The notes beneath the pieces were generated by a model, which did not search any database, was not told the DNA's origin, and saw nothing but the letters and a program-made list of their open reading frames with translations. From NCBI GenBank assembly GCA_041891055.1, contig CP169074.1:857620-889619 (forward strand): a DNA stretch of 32,000 nt, written 5' to 3'. The stretch is from Halorutilales archaeon Cl-col2-1. GTDB lineage: Archaea > Halobacteriota > Halobacteria > Halobacteriales > Afararchaeaceae. Positions 8,462-15,462 of this stretch are shown in pieces (positions within the stretch are counted from its first letter, which is position 1; each line of letters begins with the position of its first letter). Position numbers and translations under genes: made by a program.

Positions 8462-9756
8462 AAGTTAGCCGTCACAGAGAAGACAGAGCCGTTCTGGTTA
8501 CCCAGGTATATCCTTTCTCCGACGACTGCGGGCGAAGACCTCATGCCGTAACGCGTATTATGGCTCCAGACCTCTGAGGCATCTTCTCTCGAAATCACGT
8601 AGACGTTTCCGTCTGAGCTTCCGAAACACAGCCTGTCCTTTGTAACCGCGGGGGACGTCCTGACCTCGCTTCCCTCACCGTAGCTCCAGATCTCCTCGCC
8701 CGACTCGGCGTCGACTGCGTAGACGTTTCCATCGTTACTTCCGAAGTAGACAGTCGCATCGGCTAACGCCGGCGAAGAATGTATCTCGTCGCCCGTCTCG
8801 AAGCTCCATAGCTCGGAGCCATCGTCCTTACTCAGCGCGTAAAGGCTACCGTCGGTACTTCCTATGTAGACGGCGTCGTCTCCGAGAGTAGGTGCTGCCT
8901 CTATCTCGTAGCTCTTACCCCATCTCATACTTCCGTCCGTAGTGAACGAAATTACCTGACCGATGTCGCTTGCGGTGTAGACACCCGACTCGTCGACCGC
9001 GGGCGAGACGCGGACTGCGTACTGCTGGTTGCTGTTCCAGGCTTCCTCACCCGACTCGGCGTCGACTGCGTATACACGTCCGTCTGTGCTCCCTATATAG
9101 ACGGTACCGTCGTAGACAGCAGGGGCGGTGTGTATCTCGTCACGTGTCGAGAACTCCCACTCAGGAGTGCCGTTGGAACTGTCGATAGCGTAGAGGTCGC
9201 CTCCGACTGTTCCGACGTAGAGATGATCGCCGTCGTCGCTGACAGCGGGCGAACCCCTCACAGGGTCGCCGAGGCTGACGCTCCAGACCTCGTTTCCTAT
9301 CGTGGCACTGTAACCGTAGACTGTGCCGTCAGTTCCGCCTATGTAGAGTACTGAGTCGTCGACAACTGGCGATCCGAAGACCTCATTTCCTACTGAGACA
9401 GACCAGTCCTCGTCGGGGAACTTAGGAGGTATCTGTGTCGCGGGGTTGTACCCTGAGTTCGACGAGTTCTTCTGGAACGACAGCCATCTGTCCTCGACGT
9501 CGGGAGCCTCCTGAGCCGCGTCGTCGGTCTCAGACTCGTTCTCCGCCTCCTGCATCTCTGTCTCATTCTGATCCGTGTCAGTCACATTCTCGACAGGCTG
9601 TGTCTCGTTCTGGTTCGTGTCAGTCTGGTTCTGAGGCTGTGAGTCGTTCGTCCCATCTCCGTCCCCACCGCCACCCGTACATCCCGCTATACCCGCTATT
9701 CCGACAGAAGTAGCCTTCAGAAACCATCTGCGCGTTCGCTGAGTTCCGTCCGACAT
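8458..9756 (-). CDS. Tat lipoprotein with PQQ-like (BamB-like) beta-propeller repeats
   Basis: The signal is TRRWFLKATSVGIAGIAGC. An acidic T/N/Q/E-rich linker carries several N-x-T/S sequons. About 8 repeats of the pattern V(Y/F)xGSxDGxxYAxDAxxGEExW...SPA follow. Confidence 0.8.
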   Translation of the reverse strand: MSDGTQRTRRWFLKATSVGIAGIAGCTGGGGDGDGTNDSQPQNQTDTNQNETQPVENVTDTDQNETEMQEAENESETDDAAQEAPDVEDRWLSFQKNSSNSGYNPATQIPPKFPDEDWSVSVGNEVFGSPVVDDSVLYIGGTDGTVYGYSATIGNEVWSVSLGDPVRGSPAVSDDGDHLYVGTVGGDLYAIDSSNGTPEWEFSTRDEIHTAPAVYDGTVYIGSTDGRVYAVDAESGEEAWNSNQQYAVRVSPAVDESGVYTASDIGQVISFTTDGSMRWGKSYEIEAAPTLGDDAVYIGSTDGSLYALSKDDGSELWSFETGDEIHSSPALADATVYFGSNDGNVYAVDAESGEEIWSYGEGSEVRTSPAVTKDRLCFGSSDGNVYVISREDASEVWSHNTRYGMRSSPAVVGERIYLGNQNGSVFSVTANF

Positions 9757-9813
9757 ACAACTAAAACAGAATAGAAGACATAAAAATCTATTCCGTCCGA
9801 CAAAAAAGATCTA

Positions 9814-10821
9814 TCAGCCCGATACCTCGCCTAAGAGACGCCGCGCTTCCTGAACCCTCTCGTCGGCGAGGTCAGTGTTACCCTCCGCACCCGCGTCGGC
9901 GGCACGTCGGAACTCTGTTGCGGTCTGACGTAAGGTTCTGAGGCTCGATATAAACGACTCCGCCTGGCTCCTCTGTATCGATCCTTTTCCCTCGGCGGGC
10001 TTGACCCCCATGTACTCGTCGAAGCTGTCGAGGGAGTTGTTGAAGCTCGTGTTCGCCGTCTCGAAAGTATCAGAGGCTTGTCTCCATCTCTCGTGTGAGA
10101 GCTCTCCGTCTTCGAGATAGACAGAGACTGTCCCGAGACCCGTGTAGAGAGATCTCAGACCTTCAACGTACGACTCCCAGCCGTCCCCGAGAGGTCTCAT
10201 GAACGGCATATGCTCCTCGTGCTGGTAGACGAGATGGTCGCGCACGGGGCTGATATCCACCGCGGGATCGTCGAGTTGTGTGAGAGTCGAATTCGTCTCG
10301 GCGTAGACCGACTGCGACTCGTTGAGCTTCTGTCTCGCGCTCTCGACGTCTTCGAGAGCACCGTCGAGGGGATCTACGTTACTCGTAGACGCACGCCTCA
10401 GGTCTCGTCTAGCACGTTCGAGATCTTTGTGTGCCCTTGCGTGGAGTATGTCGCCTTTTGCGACACCGATAACTACGTCCGCGGTCGCTCTCAGACTTCG
10501 TGCCCTTTCGGGGTCTAACTCGCCCTCGTCTTCGAGCTTCTCAGCCATCTCACGTGCCCTCTGTGCCTTGTCACGCGCCTGGATCATATCCTGTTCGACC
10601 TCATCGACGGAGACATCCTCGCCAAAGACGAAGAGTACCGGGGCGTCCTCGACGTCGCTCACAGACTCGTTGAGAAGTCTCAGGGCGCCGTCAACCGTCG
10701 CGTTCTGCCCGGAGTCAGATGATGGGCTCTCCGTTCCCGTTCCGGTCTGTGACCCTCCCATACAGCCCGCAAGAGCCACGGCTAAGACGGCTACGGCGAC
10801 TAAGAGTTTCTTAGTTTTCAT
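9814..10821 (-). CDS. Sec-type lipoprotein, mostly alpha-helical, unknown function
   Basis: MKTKKLLVAVAVLAVALAGC is a signal plus lipobox. An S/T/G linker follows, and the charged body looks helical with several N-x-S/T sequons. I recognise no family motif. Confidence 0.6.
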   Translation of the reverse strand: MKTKKLLVAVAVLAVALAGCMGGSQTGTGTESPSSDSGQNATVDGALRLLNESVSDVEDAPVLFVFGEDVSVDEVEQDMIQARDKAQRAREMAEKLEDEGELDPERARSLRATADVVIGVAKGDILHARAHKDLERARRDLRRASTSNVDPLDGALEDVESARQKLNESQSVYAETNSTLTQLDDPAVDISPVRDHLVYQHEEHMPFMRPLGDGWESYVEGLRSLYTGLGTVSVYLEDGELSHERWRQASDTFETANTSFNNSLDSFDEYMGVKPAEGKGSIQRSQAESFISSLRTLRQTATEFRRAADAGAEGNTDLADERVQEARRLLGEVSG

Positions 10822-10868
10822 CAGTATATAAAAAGAGACGCGAGAGTATCTTATATCTGGCTCTCAGA

Positions 10869-11309
10869 TCAGCACGTCGGAGGCGCAGTCTCGACTGTGA
10901 CGTCAAGAGTCGAAGAGGTGTCGCCCGACGATGCCTCTAGATCCATCTTGTACTGCTGCATTCCCTGTCCCGACTCCTCGTTTATCTCGAGCTGTGTCGA
11001 GCTACCCGGCGAAACCGTGTTGCTTCCGAGGCTCGCCGTCATTCCCGACGGGACGTTCGCTGTCTCTATGGTGACGTCCCCCGGTGCGTCCTCGTTCGCC
11101 GAGACCTCAACCGACGCCGAACGTCCAGCTCCGACGGTCACAGGGTTCGAGCCTATCGATATGAGCTCGTTACTCGTGGCTACCTCGCCCGAGCCGCCTC
11201 CTCCTTGTGTCTGTGCTTCTCCGCTACCCCCACCGCCGCCTCCAGTACAGCCGGCGAGCATCACTAGACCTACTACAACTCCTATAATAAGATGGCGTCT
11301 GTCCACCAT
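10869..11309 (-). CDS. Small lipoprotein with Gly-rich linker and a probable Ig-like beta domain
   Basis: IIGVVVGLVMLAGC is a lipobox, followed by GGGGGGSGEAQTQGGGGSGE. The remainder has alternating beta-strand-like sequence (VTVGAGRSASVEVSANEDAPGDVTIETANVPSGMTASLGSNTVSPGSSTQLEI). Confidence 0.55.
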   Translation of the reverse strand: MVDRRHLIIGVVVGLVMLAGCTGGGGGGSGEAQTQGGGGSGEVATSNELISIGSNPVTVGAGRSASVEVSANEDAPGDVTIETANVPSGMTASLGSNTVSPGSSTQLEINEESGQGMQQYKMDLEASSGDTSSTLDVTVETAPPTC

Positions 11310-11391
11310 ACCTACTTTTGGTTGCCTCTATGTATATTTAAGAATTTCCATGACTTATTCAAATTGTAATAATGATACATAAATTAAGACG

Positions 11392-11706
11392 TCATCTAAG
11401 GAGACCAAAGAAAAAGAGTACTAAGACGAGTAGGTTGAGTATATGTGTGACTCCGACCGTAGTACGGTAGGGGAAGTTGATCATGACACCAAACATGAAT
11501 GATATCTCCTTCATGAAGAATAGACCGAACCCCACGAAGAGAAACATGAAACGTCTGTTCCTCCTCTTGTAGTAGGCGAGAGCGGCGACCACGAAGATAC
11601 CCGCGGCGAGTATAAGGGTGGCTATATGTATCGCCGAGTCGAGCTGAGTCCCCTCTATGCGTGGAGGCTGCATATGGATCAGGGGCTCATACGCCGTCTC
11701 TAACAT
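11392..11706 (-). CDS. Small 3-TM membrane protein
   Basis: Three hydrophobic helices are present, with a basic loop YYKRRNRR after TM1. It resembles the 108-aa protein at 14051-14377 in size and architecture. Confidence 0.5.
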   Translation of the reverse strand: MLETAYEPLIHMQPPRIEGTQLDSAIHIATLILAAGIFVVAALAYYKRRNRRFMFLFVGFGLFFMKEISFMFGVMINFPYRTTVGVTHILNLLVLVLFFFGLLR

Positions 11707-11749
11707 GACGTGAAAAAGAGTAACTTCTCTACGGTATATACGTCTTGTC

Positions 11750-12301
11750 CTACTCTTCGGCTTCCTGGTCTTCGAGTATCCTGTCTATCTGAGAGGTCAT
11801 CTCATTAGCCGAGACGAAGCTTCCGTACTTCTCGTACCTTATCCTTCCCTCTCCGTCGACTATAACGATTCCCGGAGGAGAATGTGTCTGGTACTTTCTC
11901 AGGAATACCTCCGAGCCGGTGTCGGAGAGGTAGGTCATCTCTATGTCGTGTTTCTGCTTCCAGTTTCTGAGTGTCTCCTTGCTCTCGGGTGATATGGCGA
12001 CGAAATGGACGTCGTCGCCTGGGTATCTCTCCTCCATCATCTCCTTCCACGTGGGTATCATCTCGCCACATGTTAGACACGTCGTAGTCATCAGATCGAT
12101 CACGACGACATCGCCCTCGTAGTCGGAGAGCGAGACCGTCTCGCCCTCGACTGACTCAAGCGTGAAACCCGGAGCTGGCTTTGCCTCGGCGGCTGTCTTC
12201 ACGTTGCTATTAAACGCGCCCATCACGCTCAGACCCGCGAGGGCAACTACGAGGACTAAGATAGTCCCCACGACCGCCGTTACGACACTCTTGTCTGACA
12301 T
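11750..12301 (-). CDS. Membrane-anchored thioredoxin-fold thiol:disulfide oxidoreductase (TlpA/ResA/redoxin-like)
   Basis: An N-terminal TM anchor is followed by FTLESVEGETVSLSDYEGDVVVIDLMTTTCLTCGEMIP. This has a CxxC in the position and context of TlpA-family proteins, and a cis-Pro region SPPGIVIVD. Confidence 0.75.
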   Translation of the reverse strand: MSDKSVVTAVVGTILVLVVALAGLSVMGAFNSNVKTAAEAKPAPGFTLESVEGETVSLSDYEGDVVVIDLMTTTCLTCGEMIPTWKEMMEERYPGDDVHFVAISPESKETLRNWKQKHDIEMTYLSDTGSEVFLRKYQTHSPPGIVIVDGEGRIRYEKYGSFVSANEMTSQIDRILEDQEAEE

Positions 12302-12320
12302 CTATTTTTGTTCTTATGTA

Positions 12321-13589
12321 TCACATCAGCATTCTCTTGACCTTGAAACCGGCGTACATCCCCGGGAATATTCCGACTGCGTAGACGAGCCCGACGAGGT
12401 TCGCCTGTGTCGAGATCGCCGTGAGGAATCCCGCACAGTCACACGCGAGTGCGAGACGGACTCCGAGAGCTATGCCGAATCCTCCGAGTATCGAGAGAGC
12501 GTAACGGTTGAGCTTCTTGCCCTTCGGAGGTGTACGTATCTTGAAGTCCTGGTACCACACAGCGGCGAGGAACGCACCGAGTATCGCGACTATGTAAGCC
12601 CACGTACCTATCGCGAGTCCGGGAAGTGCCTTCGTTCCAGCCCACCACCACTCTCCGGGGAACCACTGAGGTACTGTAAATCCGAAGACAGGCCAGACGA
12701 AGTAGCTCGCTATGAAGCCGAGAGGTCCGGCTCCACGGAACATACCGGGGAGTGCGTCGGCACCCCATATCTGGTACGACACGAAGAAGATAGTGTTAGC
12801 GAAGACTGCGATGGTTCCCGCTACTCTGGGATCCCAGAGTCTCTCGGGTGTCGCGAAAGCCTTCTTGAAAGCCGACGAAAGGCTCGCGGCGTCACTCTTG
12901 ACAACTCTTCCTCCGTCGGCGACCTTCTTCTTGACCTCGTTCATCTGGGGCATTCCGCCCTCAGGCGAGTAGTTCTTCGCGAGGTAGTACGATATAGCCG
13001 CGAAGGCTATGGATGCTACGACACCGTAGACGAGAACGCCGAGCTTGACTCCCAGAATTGGCTCACCGGGTCCTTTGAGAGTCAGTAGAGGCGTCGACCA
13101 GGGCCAGCCGAATCCTCCGAATTCCCTGTTGAAACTCACCGCCGGCCTGGCTACGAACGGAACCATCACGACCCAAGCTACGAATATAGCGAAGGTCTGT
13201 AAAACGGCTGAGACACGTCCCTCACCTATCTTGTGGACTAGACTAACCGCTGACGCTCCTCCTAGCGCCGATCCGAAACCGAGTATGAACGACCCTATGA
13301 AGGCTAGGGGTCCTGAAGGCTTCGTGGGCGGCATCTTTCCCGTGAAGAACGTGATTATTCCAACCGAGAGAATTCCGATTCCGAAGAAGTACATGAACCC
13401 TCTCGCTAGCCAGCCGTTGCGCTGGTAGACGAGGTCTCCAAACATCTGAACCGGGTCGAACTGTCCTCTCTGAAGCGCTATTCCGAATATGAGTCCGGCT
13501 ACACCCACAACTCCGTAGACGACTGTGTTAGGACTCGTCGGCTCCATGAAACTGTACTCAGCTAGAAGTACTGATAATGCCCCTATCAT
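12321..13589 (-). CDS. Divergent YeeE/YedE family transporter paralog lacking two of the three family cysteines
   Basis: It aligns by eye with the 7226-8461 protein across all three motif regions. GIALQRGQFDPVQMF corresponds to GIFMQKGRFCFVHAL. LGGASAVSLVHKIGEG corresponds to AGGCASGTLYRAGEG. GVRLALACDCAGFL corresponds to GSRMIPGCNIANIY. The segment WYQDFKIRTPPKGKK parallels WSGEFDVRMPKKKR. Confidence 0.8.
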   Translation of the reverse strand: MIGALSVLLAEYSFMEPTSPNTVVYGVVGVAGLIFGIALQRGQFDPVQMFGDLVYQRNGWLARGFMYFFGIGILSVGIITFFTGKMPPTKPSGPLAFIGSFILGFGSALGGASAVSLVHKIGEGRVSAVLQTFAIFVAWVVMVPFVARPAVSFNREFGGFGWPWSTPLLTLKGPGEPILGVKLGVLVYGVVASIAFAAISYYLAKNYSPEGGMPQMNEVKKKVADGGRVVKSDAASLSSAFKKAFATPERLWDPRVAGTIAVFANTIFFVSYQIWGADALPGMFRGAGPLGFIASYFVWPVFGFTVPQWFPGEWWWAGTKALPGLAIGTWAYIVAILGAFLAAVWYQDFKIRTPPKGKKLNRYALSILGGFGIALGVRLALACDCAGFLTAISTQANLVGLVYAVGIFPGMYAGFKVKRMLM

Positions 13590-13591
13590 TG

Positions 13592-13819
13592 TTATGTGTG
13601 TATCTCGAAGAAGTAGTCTGCTCCCTTCTTCTCGACCTCGTAGTCGTATCCTTCCTGCTTGCAGAGCGTAGGTATGTTCACTTCACCTATACTCGGCATA
13701 TCCGTCACGAACTCGACTGTCTCACCACTACTAGCTTCTTCGAGTCCCTCCTCTGCCATCCAGAGAGGGATAGGGTACTCCTCCCCCCTTGCGTCAACTC
13801 GTTTCATCTGTTTGCTCAT
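13592..13819 (-). CDS. TusA/YeeD-like small protein with the CPxP cysteine replaced (YPIP)
   Basis: VDARGEEYPIPLWMAEEGLEEASSGETVEFVTD aligns with the TusA motif, but Tyr (codon 13775-13777) occupies the catalytic Cys position. A 2-nt gap separates it from the downstream YeeE paralog. Confidence 0.7.
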   Translation of the reverse strand: MSKQMKRVDARGEEYPIPLWMAEEGLEEASSGETVEFVTDMPSIGEVNIPTLCKQEGYDYEVEKKGADYFFEIHT

Positions 13820-14050
13820 TCGTATCCCCCGGCTTTACGTAGACAGGGGTCGACTAATAAACGTATTTGGAGTTCGGACACAACTAATTAGGGATAAGGT
13901 ACAATTTACCTAGAAGTGGGATAGATCCGAGTTATTGTACCCATTTTGGGGTCAAAATGCGGCATATGTATACGTCAGGTTTAATGTTAACCGGAGATAG
14001 TATTCTGGTATGAAGAATATAAGAGAACAACTCATCGAGGGTGGTAGTAA

Positions 14051-14377
14051 GTGGCGCTAGTTCCGCCCGTGCTCGGAATACGTGTCTGTATGATAATCTC
14101 GTCTCTCAACATAGCCCTGCTCACGGGTCTAGCGACAGTATACGGCAGGAATTACAGGCGTATGAAGTCGGCATTCAGCCTCGGTCTCTTGATCTTCTCT
14201 CTCCTATTCGTACTTGAAAACAGCCTCGCAGTCTACTACTACGTCACACAGCAGATAGTGACGTGGAAGCCACACATAGTCCTAGCCACCTCGGAGTTCG
14301 TGGGCTTCTCAGTTCTTGGTCTGATAACCTGGAAGCCAGACCTCTCGTTCAGTCTGAGAGTCCCGAGAATAAGATGA
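14051..14377 (+). CDS. Small 3-TM membrane protein
   Basis: Three hydrophobic helices with a basic loop GRNYRRMK after TM1. The listed start is GTG; an in-frame ATG at 14090 is an alternative start. Confidence 0.45.
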   Translation: MALVPPVLGIRVCMIISSLNIALLTGLATVYGRNYRRMKSAFSLGLLIFSLLFVLENSLAVYYYVTQQIVTWKPHIVLATSEFVGFSVLGLITWKPDLSFSLRVPRIR

Positions 14378-14452
14378 ATTGTACATAACCCCGAAACGAT
14401 CTTGAAAAACCTACTTATGTACTCTGGGTATACGGAGTCGTAGGGGGAAAAC

Positions 14453-14710
14453 ATGGAAAGAGCAAAACAGAAGATAGGAGCTTTAGTTATTGTAGCTCTC
14501 ATAATTGGGGGAATAGGTACACAGATATGGGCAGGTACCGACAAGAACGTCGTAAACGCGGGTTTCTCAGAAGGAGAGGAGAGAAACATACCCACTAACG
14601 AGAGCGGTGATTCTTCGTCGGGATCGTCGTCGAGTATAGGTACTGACGCTGACGTACCCGATGGTGCCGTAGTGTCGTCGTCGAGCGGTGGGGCGTCACC
14701 GACAGGTTAG
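14453..14710 (+). CDS. Small N-terminally anchored or secreted Ser/Gly-rich protein
   Basis: The N-terminal hydrophobic helix IGALVIVALIIGGIG is followed by a low-complexity acidic S/G-rich tail. It lies between the 3-TM gene and ccdA on the same strand. Confidence 0.4.
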   Translation: MERAKQKIGALVIVALIIGGIGTQIWAGTDKNVVNAGFSEGEERNIPTNESGDSSSGSSSSIGTDADVPDGAVVSSSSGGASPTG

Positions 14711-14751
14711 GACAACTTAACTCTTATCCGGGCTAAGAGCCTGTATCTCAC

Positions 14752-15414
14752 ATGGAACTCGAACTTCTGGTATTTGCGGCTACTGCGGGGACAGCCACCT
14801 TCTTCTCGCCGTGTGGCTTCCCGATGCTCGCGGTCTATGCCTCGTACTACCTCCAGGAGGAGGACGAGGGAATAGGCTACTCCCGCGGCTTTGTAGCCGG
14901 AGGAGCGACAGCCGTCGGCTATCTTGGTGTCTTCTTAGCCCTCGGCGGACTCGTCTACGCGGTCGGAAACGCCGTGACACCACATATTCCGAAGCTGGAG
15001 CTGTTCGTCGGAAGCCTCCTCATGGTCTTCGGTGTTCTGATACTCACAGGAAGATCACCGTCGTTTTCGAGCGAGGTCTACATTCCCGAGAGAGGCGGCT
15101 TGACGGGATTCTTCGTCTTTGGTGTCCTCTACGCAGTCGCAGCGTCGGCATGTGTAATACCCGTCTTCGTGAGTCTGATCACCTACGCGGCTTCACAGGG
15201 CAGTCTCGTCTCGACACTGACCGTCTTCGGTGTCTACGCCGCTTCGATGGGTGCGATGATGATCGTAATCTCACTCGCGATAGCCGGTGGAAAGGAGATA
15301 TTCGTCGACAAGATAAAGTCCCATATAGGACTGATAGAGAAGGGCGCGGGAGTCGTAATGGTAGTCGTAGGAGCCTACCAGATAGGCTACTACATCACCA
15401 ACTTTGTTCTCTGA
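14752..15414 (+). CDS. ccdA: CcdA/DsbD-family transmembrane thiol:disulfide electron transporter
   Basis: A six-TM-type protein with the two family cysteine motifs in TM helices: FFSPCGFPML (PCxxP) and ASACVIPVF (CxxP). Confidence 0.8.
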   Translation: MELELLVFAATAGTATFFSPCGFPMLAVYASYYLQEEDEGIGYSRGFVAGGATAVGYLGVFLALGGLVYAVGNAVTPHIPKLELFVGSLLMVFGVLILTGRSPSFSSEVYIPERGGLTGFFVFGVLYAVAASACVIPVFVSLITYAASQGSLVSTLTVFGVYAASMGAMMIVISLAIAGGKEIFVDKIKSHIGLIEKGAGVVMVVVGAYQIGYYITNFVL

Positions 15415-15462
15415 TTCCTCCAAACCGAGGAATTCATACCGAAACCACGTCAACTTCGTCTG

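Noticed and set aside
12162-13088. A 308-aa ORF on the + strand spanning the TlpA-like/YeeE2 region
   Set aside because: It lies entirely antisense to two genes with clear family motifs. Its product is Arg/Ser/Glu-rich low-complexity sequence with no motif. Long antisense ORFs are expected because the dominant codons (GAC/GTC, GAG/CTC, TCG/CGA) read as sense codons on the opposite strand.
6809-13841. A shared 8-mer TTTACGTA upstream of both tusA-like genes (6809-6816 and 13834-13841), considered as a possible common operator
   Set aside because: One 8-mer match between two AT-rich spacers of about 160 and 230 bp, counting both strands, is about what chance predicts. There is no extended similarity around it.
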